Assembly (NCBI GenBank): GCA_963714095.1
Contig: OY970230.1
Coordinates: 724,103 to 788,102, forward strand
Origin: Candidatus Gottesmanbacteria bacterium
GTDB lineage: Bacteria > Patescibacteriota > Microgenomatia > UBA10105 > UBA927
Direction: 5' to 3'
Length of the DNA: 64,000 nt
Shown: positions 18,947 through 32,750 of the stretch, one piece after another
Position numbering within the stretch: position 1 is the first letter of the stretch
How the letters are laid out: each line of letters starts with the position of its first letter
Program-made: the position numbers and the translations under genes
Notes under the pieces: model-generated
Database searches by the model: none
What the model was told of the DNA's origin: nothing
The model's input: the letters and a program-made list of their open reading frames with translations, nothing else

Positions 18947-19238
18947 GGAAGTTTATAATTCTTTTGCCTGATATTTTAATTCCCTCCGATTGCAGCATCG
19001 CAATTTTTTTCCGGATATTTTTTCCGGTCGTTGACCCCATAAAGCCGCCGATGGTGCCGTCTGATGCTACTACGCGGTGGCAGGGGACCGTAGGGGCATA
19101 CGGATTATTTTTCATACACTGCCCGATTGCGCGGTATGCTTTTGTGTGAAGCGCCTCTGCAAGCGCCTTGTACGTCGTCACCCGTCCGCGGGGAACGGTT
19201 GTCAGGAGTTTGTATGTTTTTACTGCAAATGGAGTCAT
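18915..19238 (-). CDS. ogt: O6-alkylguanine-DNA alkyltransferase, single-domain
   Basis: GRVTTY, RAIG, PCHRVV. Confidence 0.85.
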   Translation of the reverse strand: MTPFAVKTYKLLTTVPRGRVTTYKALAEALHTKAYRAIGQCMKNNPYAPTVPCHRVVASDGTIGGFMGSTTGKNIRKKIAMLQSEGIKISGKRIINFPTVLFPFPDS

Positions 19239-19261
19239 ATGGTTATTATACGCTCACGGTA

Positions 19262-19277
19262 TGTAATCCTGATTACA
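19262..19277. promoter_or_regulatory. Palindromic operator-like site
   Basis: TGTAATC-CT-GATTACA perfect inverted repeat between divergent genes. Confidence 0.5.
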
Positions 19278-19330
19278 GACTTCCGAAGGAAGAATACTCT
19301 ATATCTAGAGTAGGAGAGGAGGTTAATTGT

Positions 19331-19741
19331 ATGAATAAAACAGTTCCTGTTGTCATCAGTATTCTTGTACTGGGTGCCGGTGCGTATTTTGTTATAAACC
19401 GGGCAAGCGCGGTAAGCCAGAATCAAATGACAGCAGTCGTAGCAAACGCGACATCAACAGCATCAATGAAAAGCTTTACAGTCTCGGGAACGGAATTTGC
19501 ATTTTCCCCGAATACATTGAGTGTAAACAAAGGGGATACGGTGAAGATAACGTTTACCAATAACGGGACACTGCCGCACAATTTCACGATTACGGAGCTC
19601 GCTGTGAAGAGTAAAACCATTATGCCCGGGCAGTCTGATACCGTGACATTTATAGCCGACAAAGCTGGTACGTTTGTTTACTTTTGCAGCGTGCCGGGCC
19701 ACAAGGATAAGGGCATGGTCGGGACTTTCACCGTCATATAA
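19331..19741 (+). CDS. Membrane-anchored cupredoxin (type 1 copper site)
   Basis: SD GGAGG, N-terminal TM, HNF...CSVPGH..GM ligands. Confidence 0.88.
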   Translation: MNKTVPVVISILVLGAGAYFVINRASAVSQNQMTAVVANATSTASMKSFTVSGTEFAFSPNTLSVNKGDTVKITFTNNGTLPHNFTITELAVKSKTIMPGQSDTVTFIADKAGTFVYFCSVPGHKDKGMVGTFTVI

Positions 19742-21761
19742 TCCGGGCATTTTTTAGACGCAAGGAATTGGTGACGACGGAGATACTTGATGCTGCCATG
19801 GCAAAGGCGGCAAGTGTTGGAGACAGAATTCCTGCCATTGCCGCAGGAATGAGGATAACGTTATATCCAAATGCCCAAAAGAGGTTTTGTTTGATGACAG
19901 AAAGGGTTGCCCGGGATAATTTTATAGCGGAAATAACACTCATAAGATTTTTGTTCAAAAGCGTAATTCCAGACGACTCTATCGCGACATCAGTTCCTGT
20001 CCCTAAAGCGATTCCCACGTCGGCAGCGGCTAGAGCCGGAGCGTCGTTTATGCCATCACCGACAAAGGCGACCACTTGATTGTTTATTCTCAACTGGTTA
20101 ATTTTTTGCTCCTTTTGGTCAGGTAAAACGCCGGCAAGAATATTTGTGATGCCCGCCTGTTTGGCAATCGCTCCGGCGGTCCGTTCGTTGTCTCCGGTGA
20201 CCATCCATACGGTGACGCCCATACGTTCAAGAGCTTCGACTGTGTTTTTCGATTCCGGTTTTATCGTATCGGCAACAGCGATAAGGCCCAGAGTTTTCCC
20301 GCCGGAGGTCAGATCCATAACGGTTTTTCCCTGTTTTTCAAGATCCGAATGTGCTTTCGTCGGTTTACCGAAAAAGTACTGTTTCTTGTTAATGATTCCG
20401 GAAATTCCGGCGCCCGGCATTGCTTTAAACTGTGTTACATCAAACAGTTTTTGCCCTTGTGCTTTTGCAAGAATTGCGCCAGCGAGTGAATGTTCGGATC
20501 CTTTCTCCAGCGATGCGGCGATTGACAGTATGCGGGGAGGGATGATATCCGTCACAACCGGGATCCCTCGGGTGAGCGTACCTGTTTTATCAAAAACCGC
20601 GACGTTTATTTTGTTCGCAATCTCCAGACTTTCCGCATTTTTAATGAGAATACCGTGTTGGGCGCCGCGCCCGGTTTCCACCATAATCGCGGTAGGCGTT
20701 GCCAGCCCCATGGCGCAGGGGCAGGCAATAATGAGAACTGCGATCATAGTGGTAAGTGCCTGAATAAACGCACCGGTATCAAACCACACGACAAATGTTG
20801 TAACTGCCAGCATGAGGACGATAGGGACAAAATATCCGGATACGGTATCGGCGAGTCTTGCAATCGGTGCCCGTGTGCTTTGGGCCTCCGAGACCATACG
20901 GACAATCCGTGAGAGCATGGTATCGCTCCCTACTTTCGTTGCCTGAAAAAGAAACGTGCCGGTTATATTAATAGTTGCGCCGATAACAGAGTCACCCGAC
21001 TGTTTATCTACTGGTAACGATTCGCCGGTAACCATGGATTCATCTATGGAACTTATCCCTTCAATAATTTTTCCGTCAACCGGAATTTTTTCTCCGGGCC
21101 GGACGCGGATTGTATCGCCGACATTCACCTGATCAATGGGGACATCTACTTCACGACCGCCGCGTACAACGCGGGCGGTTTTAGCCGAAAGGTTTAAGAG
21201 TTTTTTAATTGCGTCACCCGTATGCGCTTTAGCCCGTGCCTCCAGCCAGCGTCCGAGTAGTATCAGCGTTATGATAACGGACGCGTCTACGTACATCATT
21301 GAAAAAAATGCTGCTGTCGTGCCGATTGCGACAAGCGTGTCCATATTGGCCGACCGGTTTTTGAGGCCTGACCATGCGGCCTGATAGAATTGCCATCCGG
21401 CCCAAAATTGGATAGGGAGAGCAAGTACAAGAAGAAAGAATTGGGAGAATTTATAATAGCTTCCGATGACTATAAGAATTGTCAAGATTGCCGATATAAT
21501 GACCTTTTGTCTAAGTATCAGTAATTCGAGTTTTTTTGTTTTTTCTTTGCTGTCTTCGGTTACCGCTTTATATCCAAGATCTGAGATGGTGTTACTCATG
21601 GATTTTAGGGAGGTTATGGAAGAATCAAATTCGACGGTAGCTTCTTCACTGCCGTAATTAACTGCGACAGCAGTTACCCCCGGAGTTTTTTGGAGTTTTT
21701 TTTCAATAAGATGCGCGCATGAGGCACAGTGCATGCCCACGATAGGGAAAGACGCTTTCAT
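19734..21761 (-). CDS. copA: Cu(I)-translocating P1B-type ATPase
   Basis: GMHCASC HMA domain, TGES, CPC, DKTGT, GDGIND, YN and MxxSS. Confidence 0.95.
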   Translation of the reverse strand: MKASFPIVGMHCASCAHLIEKKLQKTPGVTAVAVNYGSEEATVEFDSSITSLKSMSNTISDLGYKAVTEDSKEKTKKLELLILRQKVIISAILTILIVIGSYYKFSQFFLLVLALPIQFWAGWQFYQAAWSGLKNRSANMDTLVAIGTTAAFFSMMYVDASVIITLILLGRWLEARAKAHTGDAIKKLLNLSAKTARVVRGGREVDVPIDQVNVGDTIRVRPGEKIPVDGKIIEGISSIDESMVTGESLPVDKQSGDSVIGATINITGTFLFQATKVGSDTMLSRIVRMVSEAQSTRAPIARLADTVSGYFVPIVLMLAVTTFVVWFDTGAFIQALTTMIAVLIIACPCAMGLATPTAIMVETGRGAQHGILIKNAESLEIANKINVAVFDKTGTLTRGIPVVTDIIPPRILSIAASLEKGSEHSLAGAILAKAQGQKLFDVTQFKAMPGAGISGIINKKQYFFGKPTKAHSDLEKQGKTVMDLTSGGKTLGLIAVADTIKPESKNTVEALERMGVTVWMVTGDNERTAGAIAKQAGITNILAGVLPDQKEQKINQLRINNQVVAFVGDGINDAPALAAADVGIALGTGTDVAIESSGITLLNKNLMSVISAIKLSRATLSVIKQNLFWAFGYNVILIPAAMAGILSPTLAAFAMAASSISVVTNSLRLKNARII

Positions 21762-21762
21762 A

Positions 21763-21843
21763 TTATTCTTTTTTACCGAAGAAAAACCAATATATGGCGG
21801 CGATACACCCAATTCCTCCGAGTGTAACGATAATCTTATCCAT
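21763..21843 (-). CDS. Unannotated 26-aa single-TM microprotein [26 protein letters not shown]
   Basis: Fills the csoR-copA gap exactly, with TAA-N-ATG junctions on both sides. Confidence 0.75.
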   Translation of the reverse strand: MDKIIVTLGGIGCIAAIYWFFFGKKE

Positions 21844-21844
21844 G

Positions 21845-22123
21845 TTATTTTTTCTCCATAATTTTCATAACTTCTGCAATAACCTCGTCAGCGTTACCTT
21901 TTTTGATTTCTGCAGCGACACACGTTTCCATGTGGTTTTTCAGGATCACCTGATCTGTTTCTTTGAGAGCGGATTGTACCGCAATGGATTGGTGAATAAT
22001 ATCAATACAGTACTGGCCCTTTTCGACCATTGTGATGACGCTATCAAGCTGGCCGCGTGCGATTTTAAAGCGGTGCAGAATTTTTTGTTGGACGGATTGA
22101 TCCCTCGGTATTCCTTTTGGCAT
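21845..22123 (-). CDS. csoR: CsoR/RcnR family copper-sensing repressor
   Basis: [21 protein letters not shown] (C-H-C ligands); SD AAGGAG. Confidence 0.88.
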   Translation of the reverse strand: MPKGIPRDQSVQQKILHRFKIARGQLDSVITMVEKGQYCIDIIHQSIAVQSALKETDQVILKNHMETCVAAEIKKGNADEVIAEVMKIMEKK

Positions 22124-22140
22124 ATTGTCTCCTTGACTTT

Positions 22141-22161
22141 TATACCCCCATAGGGGATATA
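22141..22161. promoter_or_regulatory. CsoR-type operator in a divergent promoter
   Basis: TATACCCC-CATA-GGGGATATA C/G-tract pseudo-palindrome overlapping TATAAT at 22158. Confidence 0.75.
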
Positions 22162-22180
22162 ATAGACGCATTCGATAAAT

Positions 22181-23161
22181 ATGTCAATACTTTGGTTCGC
22201 ATTTTTAACGGGATTGACGACCGGCGGGATTTCATGTCTGGCCGTTCAGGGCGGGCTGTTGGCTTCTGCAATTAACAATGAATCAAACCGATGGCAGCAG
22301 GTGGGTATGTTTGTTGTATTTAAGCTGTTGGGGTATACACTTCTTGGTTTTATTCTCGGACTTATCGGTTTGACATTAACTTTATCGCCGAAAATACTGG
22401 GTTGGGTGCAGATAGCCGCAGGCCTCTTTATGATCGCCACAGCCTTGCGGATGATTGATGCACACCCCATATTCCGGTATTTCGTTCTTACGCCTCCGCG
22501 GTGGGCATTCCGGCTTATGAAAAACACGAGCAGGAGTCAATCCTTGTTTGCGCCTGCACTACTGGGTTTTCTGACGATTCTGTTGCCCTGTGGGATCACT
22601 CAGGCAACCATGGCAGTAGCCGTGGCTTCGGGCAATCCGTTTTCGGGAGCCGCCATACTGTTTGCGTTTATTCTTGGTACCAGTCCCGTCTTTTTTGTAT
22701 TGGGTGCAACAGTTGTGGAATTACTTCAAAAGAAAGTGTTTTCGTACGTTGCTGCGGCAATTATTGTAGTATTTGCCGTGCTCTCCATCAATGGGGGATT
22801 GGGAGTTATGGGTTCTGCCTACACATTGCAAAATTACTGGCGCGCAGCAACAGGAGAGGTCACCCAAACCAGCACAGCTGCTATGACGGGTGGGATACAA
22901 GATGTAACGATTACGGTAAAAAATAATGGATATACAGCTAACGCAAATACGATTAAACGCGGCATTCCCGTGCGGCTCACCCTGGTAACCGATAACACCC
23001 TTGGGTGTTCGCGCGCATTTACCATTCCGGACCTGGGTATTTCTAAAGTGTTGCCGGCAACTGGCACAGAAACAATTGAATTTACGCCCCAAAAGGCCGG
23101 GCGGCTGGGGTATAGTTGTAGTATGGGTATGTACACCGGCGCATTTACCGTGGAGGAATAA
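22181..23161 (+). CDS. TauE/SafE (DsbD_2-like) membrane protein with C-terminal cupredoxin domain
   Basis: SCLAVQGG, LPCGITQ, GCSR..F, YSCSMGM. Confidence 0.85.
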   Translation: MSILWFAFLTGLTTGGISCLAVQGGLLASAINNESNRWQQVGMFVVFKLLGYTLLGFILGLIGLTLTLSPKILGWVQIAAGLFMIATALRMIDAHPIFRYFVLTPPRWAFRLMKNTSRSQSLFAPALLGFLTILLPCGITQATMAVAVASGNPFSGAAILFAFILGTSPVFFVLGATVVELLQKKVFSYVAAAIIVVFAVLSINGGLGVMGSAYTLQNYWRAATGEVTQTSTAAMTGGIQDVTITVKNNGYTANANTIKRGIPVRLTLVTDNTLGCSRAFTIPDLGISKVLPATGTETIEFTPQKAGRLGYSCSMGMYTGAFTVEE

Positions 23162-23162
23162 T

Positions 23163-23363
23163 ATGATAAAAAAAACATTTAAAATTGACGGGATGCACTG
23201 TACAAGCTGTGCCCTCATGATCGAAAGCGATCTTGAGGATGTGGGGGTCAATGCTTCCTGCAGCTATGCAAAACAAACACTTATCGTGGAATTTGATGAG
23301 ACGAAGATTGGAGAACAAAAAATTAAAGACGTAGTTGCGAAAGCAGGGTATCAAGTTGTTTGA
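23163..23363 (+). CDS. copZ: Copper chaperone (HMA domain)
   Basis: GMHCTSC, C-terminal AGY. Confidence 0.85.
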   Translation: MIKKTFKIDGMHCTSCALMIESDLEDVGVNASCSYAKQTLIVEFDETKIGEQKIKDVVAKAGYQVV

Positions 23364-23748
23364 GCGCGTCGGTTTCATCCGTAAATTCTATCGTCCCTTT
23401 GACATTCGGACTTCCAAGAACCATGCGCGAGATCTGTTTTCCTTTTTCAAACAGAAGATAAACGGGGATGGTATGTTCGCGTGCAAATTCAATTTCCTGG
23501 CCGGTACCGGTCGTGGGCTGCCCGATGTAGGCGATCATAAGGTCACTTTTGCCCAGTTCATTGAGATCTGTCTGATAGACGGCCGCCGGAGCGACGTCAG
23601 GATTTTTAATTGGGTCGGTGCCGTTTAAGAACGCCCAGAAATAGGTGAATCCGTTTGCTTGGGCAACACGGGCCATGCGTATATAAAACGATTTCGTTTC
23701 AGTGACGTTGGTGAGTTGGGTCAGCGGCCCGCCAAAAAAGATTCTCAT
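23323..23748 (-). CDS. Nucleoside 2-deoxyribosyltransferase-like protein
   Basis: MRIFFGGP, DL..L..SD, TGTGQE, ISRMVLG. Confidence 0.75.
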   Translation of the reverse strand: MRIFFGGPLTQLTNVTETKSFYIRMARVAQANGFTYFWAFLNGTDPIKNPDVAPAAVYQTDLNELGKSDLMIAYIGQPTTGTGQEIEFAREHTIPVYLLFEKGKQISRMVLGSPNVKGTIEFTDETDALKQLDTLLSQLRL

Positions 23749-23795
23749 AAGAAACGTATTGTACAATAAAAAAAGGAATGGTACACTAGTGACCT

Positions 23796-24119
23796 ATGGC
23801 AGATATAACGATAACGGATGCAAATTTTGATACGGAAGTCACGAAGTGCGATAAACCAGTTTTGGTGGATTTTTGGGCGGTCTGGTGCGGTCCGTGTCAG
23901 ATGCAGGGGCCGATTATTGAGGAAGTCGCCAACGCCATGAAAGGGAAAGCAAAAGTCGGGAAGGTGAACGTGGATGAAAATCCTGCCGTTGCACAGAAAT
24001 TCGGTATCATGAGTATTCCGACCATCATGGTTTTTAAAGGCGGAACAGTGGTAAAACAGTTTATCGGTGTGCAGACGAAAGAAACACTTCTTACCGAACT
24101 CAATAAACTGATTAATTAA
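23796..24119 (+). CDS. trxA: Thioredoxin
   Basis: WCGPC, SIPT. Confidence 0.96.
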   Translation: MADITITDANFDTEVTKCDKPVLVDFWAVWCGPCQMQGPIIEEVANAMKGKAKVGKVNVDENPAVAQKFGIMSIPTIMVFKGGTVVKQFIGVQTKETLLTELNKLIN

Positions 24120-24175
24120 AATAAAGAGCATAAATTAAAATTTAATTAATTTATTTTTTATTTAATTTCTTTTGT

Positions 24176-25114
24176 ATGTATGATGTCGTTATTATCGGGA
24201 GCGGGCCGGCAGGATATACTGCTGCGGTGTATACTTCACGGGCATTTTTAAAAACCCTCATCATTGCCGGTATTCAGCAGGGCGGGCAGCTTACGACAAC
24301 GACCGAGGTTGAAAATTTCCCCGGTTTCCCCAAAGGCATTACGGGGCCGCAGCTTATGCTGGACATGAAGTCACAGGTTGTCCGATTCGGGACAGAAATT
24401 GTGACAGCGACAGTCACTCAGGTGAAAAAATCCGGAAATACATTTGTGATTACCGCAGATAGAAAAAATATTGAGTCAAAAACCATAATTATCGCGTCAG
24501 GAGCGTCCGCGATGTATTTAGGATTGCCGTCGGAAAAAAAGTTCGCCGGTCACGGCGTGTCGGCGTGCGCCACGTGTGACGGATTTTTCTTCCGCGGGAA
24601 AGAGGTTGTGGTTGTCGGAGGCGGGGATACGGCGATGGAAGAAGCACAGTTTCTGACTACATTCGCGACGAAAGTAACCATAATTCATCGGAGGGGCGAA
24701 TTCCGTGCAAGCCCAATTATGCTGGAACGGGTTAAGAAGAATCCAAAAATCACCATGCTGACAAATAAAATTATAGAAGAAATTCTCGGAGACACCGCGG
24801 TCACAGGGGTACGCATCAAAGATACGGTAACCGGCGTGGTCGAGAAGTACTCCACAAATGGGGTATTTTTAGCAATCGGGCATAAACCGAATACCGAATT
24901 TTTGAAAGATATTGTTGTGCCTGATAAAAAAGGTTACCTAACAATCCATGGGTTACAAAAACCCGGTGACTATCATACGGCAACAAATGTCCCCGGAATA
25001 TTTGCCGCAGGGGATTGTGTCGATTTCCAGTACCGCCAGGCCGTCGTTGCCGCCGGTATGGGCTGTATGGCCGCCCTTGACGTTCAAAAGTATCTTGAAG
25101 CAGCCCGTATATGA
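24176..25114 (+). CDS. trxB: Thioredoxin reductase
   Basis: GSGPAG, CATCDG, GGGDTA, HRR. Confidence 0.96.
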   Translation: MYDVVIIGSGPAGYTAAVYTSRAFLKTLIIAGIQQGGQLTTTTEVENFPGFPKGITGPQLMLDMKSQVVRFGTEIVTATVTQVKKSGNTFVITADRKNIESKTIIIASGASAMYLGLPSEKKFAGHGVSACATCDGFFFRGKEVVVVGGGDTAMEEAQFLTTFATKVTIIHRRGEFRASPIMLERVKKNPKITMLTNKIIEEILGDTAVTGVRIKDTVTGVVEKYSTNGVFLAIGHKPNTEFLKDIVVPDKKGYLTIHGLQKPGDYHTATNVPGIFAAGDCVDFQYRQAVVAAGMGCMAALDVQKYLEAARI

Positions 25115-25821
25115 TTTCCGTTCCAAAACCGCAAAAATATTCATCTCGGCTTGCATCGATTGAAAAAATATCGAGCAAGGTATATCTTGAGCGGTTCGAA
25201 CTTGTGGAGCCCAAAGAAATACGTTTTCTCCCGGGGCAGACGGTGATGCTATATGTGGCGCCTGATGTCAACCGCGCAATGTCGATTGCATCGCCCCCGT
25301 CCCAAAAAACCTCCATAACGCTTCTCCATGACGTGTCGCCCATGGGAGTATATTCGAAATGGGCTCTTTCAGCCAAGTCAGGGGATCCGATGGAGTTTAT
25401 GGGGCCTCTGGGTGCGTTTGCATTGGACAAAGAATCTCACAGAGGGAAGGTGTTTGTGGCAACCGGTACCGGCGTCGCCCCATTTTACGGAATGGCGGTG
25501 GATTATCTGTCGAACGGCGGCACCGATGACGTGACTCTGTACTGGGGGCTGCGTTATGAGGAGGATATATTTTTTAAAAAAGAATTTGAAACGTTGGTGC
25601 AACAATATCCTCACTTCCGGTTTGTTCTGACGCTCTCGCAGCCAACTGATAGGTGGCAGGGGACGAAGGGTCACGTACAGGATCATCTTTTTTCTCAGCA
25701 AAACCTCAGCGGATCAGACTATTATCTCTGTGGTAATAAACAAATGATTCTTGATATTCGTGAGAAGTTAAAAATTACGGGTGTTCCTGATATACAGACA
25801 AAATCTGAATTGTTTTATTAG
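25111..25821 (+). CDS. Ferredoxin-NADP reductase-like FAD/NAD(P) oxidoreductase
   Basis: RAMSIAS, GVYS, GPLG, ATGTGVAP, YLCG. Confidence 0.85.
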   Translation: MISVPKPQKYSSRLASIEKISSKVYLERFELVEPKEIRFLPGQTVMLYVAPDVNRAMSIASPPSQKTSITLLHDVSPMGVYSKWALSAKSGDPMEFMGPLGAFALDKESHRGKVFVATGTGVAPFYGMAVDYLSNGGTDDVTLYWGLRYEEDIFFKKEFETLVQQYPHFRFVLTLSQPTDRWQGTKGHVQDHLFSQQNLSGSDYYLCGNKQMILDIREKLKITGVPDIQTKSELFY

Positions 25822-25861
25822 TGTATTGCAATTTTAATAATCTTGCGTATACTCAAACCCT

Positions 25862-27142
25862 ATGACTATTAATCCGTTTGAAACTGCCATGTCACAACTG
25901 GCAAAAGCTGCTAAGCTTTTTCCGAAAAAAGATGAAACACTTCTTCTGACTCTTCTTTCGCAGCCCCAGCGCATCCTCAATGTTACTATTCCAGTGACTA
26001 TGGATGACGGGACCGTTAAAATTTTTCAGGGGTACCGCGTACAATTTAACAATGCATGCGGACCGTACAAAGGCGGCATCCGGTATCATCCGCAGGTATC
26101 ACTGGACGAAGTCAAAGCATTGTCTTTCTGGATGGCGATGAAATGTGCTGTAGCAGATTTGCCATTAGGTGGCGGCAAAGGCGGAATTATTGTAGACCCG
26201 AAAGCATTATCCGTTGGAGAATTAGAGCGATTATCTCGTGGGTATCTCAGGGCGATAGCAGATTGTATTGGTCCGGATAAAGACGTACCGGCGCCGGACG
26301 TGAATACCAACGGTGTCATCATGGGGTGGATGACGGACGAGTTGTTTAAAGCCAAACATGCAAAAACAAAAAAAGAGAAAAATTATCTCAGGGCGACATT
26401 TACCGGGAAAGCATTAAAAGACGGCGGCTCCGAAGGGAGAGAAGAGGCGACCGGATTGGGCGGACTCTATGTTTTGCAAACTATTCTTGCGCATCACAAA
26501 CTTGCAGGGAAACAACTGACTGCGGCTGTGCAGGGGTTCGGGAATGTCGGCTACAACGTGGCAAAGTTTTTAATAGAAGCAGGTATTACAGTTGTGGCGG
26601 TATCAGATAGTAAGGGCGGCATTTACGTGCCGGAAGGGATAAATCCGGCATTGACGCTCGACTGCAAAAAGAAACACGGGTACCTGGCTGGCTGTTATTG
26701 TTCAGGATCCGTCTGCGATCTGAAAAAAGGAAAGACAATCACAAATGCAGAGCTTTTGGAATTACCCGTTGATATTTTAGTTCCGTCTGCGCTTGAAAAC
26801 GTGTTAACAGGTCAGAACGCAGGGAAGATTAAAGCAAAAGTGGTCTTGGAGATGGCCAATGGACCCACCGCGCCCGAGGCGGATACAATACTATACACGC
26901 GCGGCATACCGGTCATTCCTGACGTCCTTTCTAATTCCGGCGGCGTCTCGGTTTCCTGCTTTGAATGGCAGCAGAATTTGAAAGGGGCTCATTGGACAAA
27001 AAAAGCCGTCAATGCAAAATTAAAGGCGAAGATGGAGAAAGAAGCAACGAACGTCTGGCTTACTTCAAAGAAATATAAAACAGACCTCAGGACTGCCGCC
27101 TTTTACCTCGCCCTCACCCGAATCCTCAAGGCGATGAAATAA
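25862..27142 (+). CDS. gdhA: Glu/Leu/Phe/Val dehydrogenase (glutamate dehydrogenase)
   Basis: KGGIRY, GGGKGG, PAPDV, GFGNVG, EMANGP. Confidence 0.92.
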   Translation: MTINPFETAMSQLAKAAKLFPKKDETLLLTLLSQPQRILNVTIPVTMDDGTVKIFQGYRVQFNNACGPYKGGIRYHPQVSLDEVKALSFWMAMKCAVADLPLGGGKGGIIVDPKALSVGELERLSRGYLRAIADCIGPDKDVPAPDVNTNGVIMGWMTDELFKAKHAKTKKEKNYLRATFTGKALKDGGSEGREEATGLGGLYVLQTILAHHKLAGKQLTAAVQGFGNVGYNVAKFLIEAGITVVAVSDSKGGIYVPEGINPALTLDCKKKHGYLAGCYCSGSVCDLKKGKTITNAELLELPVDILVPSALENVLTGQNAGKIKAKVVLEMANGPTAPEADTILYTRGIPVIPDVLSNSGGVSVSCFEWQQNLKGAHWTKKAVNAKLKAKMEKEATNVWLTSKKYKTDLRTAAFYLALTRILKAMK

Positions 27143-27173
27143 TATTGACTTATAGCATATAATATGTGGTTAT

Positions 27174-28268
27174 ATGCGAGCAGAGACAAAAGTTGCGTTA
27201 TATCCTAGCCCTTGGGAACCGGAAATGAATCGTATTCCCCCCATAGAGCTATTGACCGCGGGAACAGCGTTAAAACGCCTTGAGTTTAGTTATCCCGATA
27301 TTCCTTCCACAATGCTGGATTCCATAATTGCGAGTGAATGGGCGAGTATTGATAACGGTCGCATGTATCTAGAAGTCAGGAACCCGGGGTTTTTACGTAA
27401 ATCAGGAAACACGGTATATCTCACTGATTTTGATGACTGTGTGTTGTCAACTACGGATTGGCACAACAGGGAATATGAATTGGTAAGTCAGTGTCCAGAA
27501 CTGTGTGCACAGCAAATAGAAATTTCCCCCAAGCAGGCTAAGAATGTGTATGAAATGTCAAAAATTCTTATTCCTGGTAAGGTTGAGCATGAGCCGCGGT
27601 ACACACCACGGTTAAATCTGATTCTTCTGACCCATATCGCAACCCAGTTGAGTTATGGGTATCCACCTGAAGTTGTATGGAATGCTCTTCCGAGTGTACG
27701 GGATGCTATTGTTAGTAATGTTGCTAGGCAGGGAGAAGGGGAGTTGGGATTTCTGAGAATCGACGATCGAATTCTGAAGTTATTTCAGGAAAATTCACCG
27801 GCCCAGTTTCTCCAAAAGAAATTTATGGATGAATTGCATCAGAAAGATGAGGGCGAATTTCATATTATCGTTACCCGCGGAAAGCCGGAAGGACTTCTCG
27901 GCCAAATATACAAAGTTCATACAAGCGGTGCGTTGGAAAAATCGGTTGATATCGTGATGTATACGAATGATATTAAAGCAGAGGCACTGGTCCAGCTTTC
28001 GCGTATCGTCCCATGGATGAAGAGTGCTCCGATTCTTATTTATGATGATAATCCGAATGAGGTTTTACCGTATTTGCGCTTTATTCATGAGCGGAATATC
28101 GACAACATCGAGCTTGTTCATGTGCGCCACAACAATTCAAAACGGAAGGATCTTGTCGTTGAAGGGTATACGCCTACAGGTACAATTCTCGATGCAGAAA
28201 CAAAGACTCGATTCGACCGGTATCACCCCGACGGATATCGTATTGACAATACTGCACAGGCAGGATAA
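27174..28268 (+). CDS. Hypothetical protein, possible HAD-like hydrolase
   Basis: LTDFDDCV (motif I-like), IVTRG, IYDDN. Confidence 0.55.
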   Translation: MRAETKVALYPSPWEPEMNRIPPIELLTAGTALKRLEFSYPDIPSTMLDSIIASEWASIDNGRMYLEVRNPGFLRKSGNTVYLTDFDDCVLSTTDWHNREYELVSQCPELCAQQIEISPKQAKNVYEMSKILIPGKVEHEPRYTPRLNLILLTHIATQLSYGYPPEVVWNALPSVRDAIVSNVARQGEGELGFLRIDDRILKLFQENSPAQFLQKKFMDELHQKDEGEFHIIVTRGKPEGLLGQIYKVHTSGALEKSVDIVMYTNDIKAEALVQLSRIVPWMKSAPILIYDDNPNEVLPYLRFIHERNIDNIELVHVRHNNSKRKDLVVEGYTPTGTILDAETKTRFDRYHPDGYRIDNTAQAG

Positions 28269-28271
28269 AAT
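28243..28271 (+). promoter_or_regulatory. Promoter of the tRNA-Ala-23S-5S unit
   Basis: TTGACA-17bp-TAAAAT overlapping the end of the upstream CDS. Confidence 0.7.
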
Positions 28272-28462
28272 ACATCTTTGTCCTTAGATGCAAGGCAACG
28301 AGCGTTTTCTCGCTTCACCACGAGAAGGCCGAATTTTCAATTCATGAGAAGCAACAAACCATATTCAAACCGAAACCAAATTTGGCAGTGTTTGCGTGTG
28401 TAGTCGCCTCAAAGAATTGAACCGTTGACCCCGCATATAAGGCGGGGTTTATTTTTGGAGTC

Positions 28463-28535
28463 GGGCCCGAAGTTTACCTGGTTGAACGCATCATTTGCAA
28501 TGATGAGGTAGGCGGTTCGACTCCGCCCGGGTCCA
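28463..28535 (+). tRNA. tRNA-Ala(UGC)
   Basis: Cloverleaf, TGC anticodon, G3:U70 pair, TTCGA T-loop; CCA not encoded. Confidence 0.93.
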
Positions 28536-28606
28536 CAACACTTGTTTTGAGAATAGGTATTTATTTTTTTAATAAATATTTACTCTCGCGACAAGAGCGC
28601 GAACTG

Positions 28607-28618
28607 GCTCTTTAAAAA
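28607..28618 (+). promoter_or_regulatory. boxA antitermination element
   Basis: GCTCTTTAAAAA in the spacer before 23S. Confidence 0.65.
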
Positions 28619-28802
28619 CTGAACGACTTTTTCCATCGTGTAGGTGCAATTCCTATGATGGAGAGAAAGTTTTATTTTTTAACAAGTAGTTGCATCGTAA
28701 GGGGTAACCTAAGAAGGTTAACTTCTTACTTGCATATCAATTTTGTTGGAGAAAGAACAAAGCGAGTAATCTTGCCGTATGGCGGGATTGCCTCCTTTGT
28801 TT

Positions 28803-32021
<3,219 letters not shown>

Positions 32022-32154
32022 AGAACAAAGCGAGAGCTTGTTCTTTATTCCAACAAATTGTATGCAGTTTGGAGTGACCATCAGGGTTGCCCCTTACGAA
32101 TCAACTACTTTAACAAGTAAATATCTAGACACTGAATTTAACCGCTCCAGTGTC

Positions 32155-32272
32155 TTCCAGTCTTTTGAGCGACGTGGACCCACCCGATCCCATTCCGAAC
32201 TCGGAAGTGAAACGCGTCAGCGCTGACAATACCTGTTTCGCAAGATACCGGGAAGATAGGTCAAGGCTGGGG
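32155..32272 (+). rRNA. rrf: 5S rRNA
   Basis: CCCGATCCCATTCCGAACTCGGAAGTGAAAC; paired ends. Confidence 0.93.
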
Positions 32273-32325
32273 GACTTTGGAGCGGTTTTTTGTGGTATGA
32301 TAAAAAGAGAAAGGGAGGTACCACT

Positions 32326-32712
32326 ATGATTGGTTATAAAGGAGCGATTGAGGATTTAACAAATACTAATACATATTTCCGGCACGTGCTTTTTACCGCG
32401 CCGCATTCACAACTTGTACTCATGTGTTTGGCACCCAGCGAGGAAATCGGGATGGAGGTACATCCTGACAACGACCAGTTTTTCCGGTTTGAGAGCGGGG
32501 AGGGGAAAGTGATTATTGACGGCACAGAGTATCTGGTGAAAGACGGTGATGCAGCCATTGTGCCGGCAGGGGCTCAGCACAATATCATCAATACGTCCGC
32601 CACTCAACCGCTGAAGCTCTATACTATTTATTCGCCCGCACACCATCCGGACGGAACGATCCATAAGACGAAAGCGGAAGCACTTGCCGCGGAAGCAAGC
32701 GAACACGTCTAA
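32326..32712 (+). CDS. Cupin domain protein
   Basis: EIGMEVH..DQFFRFESG, VPAGAQHN; SD GGGAGG. Confidence 0.88.
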   Translation: MIGYKGAIEDLTNTNTYFRHVLFTAPHSQLVLMCLAPSEEIGMEVHPDNDQFFRFESGEGKVIIDGTEYLVKDGDAAIVPAGAQHNIINTSATQPLKLYTIYSPAHHPDGTIHKTKAEALAAEASEHV

Positions 32713-32750
32713 TTTGACAAAGCATAGCCGCGATATAGAATACGGGGCGT

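Noticed and set aside
24118-24172. Very AT-rich palindrome between trxA and trxB
   Set aside because: Low-complexity self-complementarity; at most an mRNA hairpin or processing site
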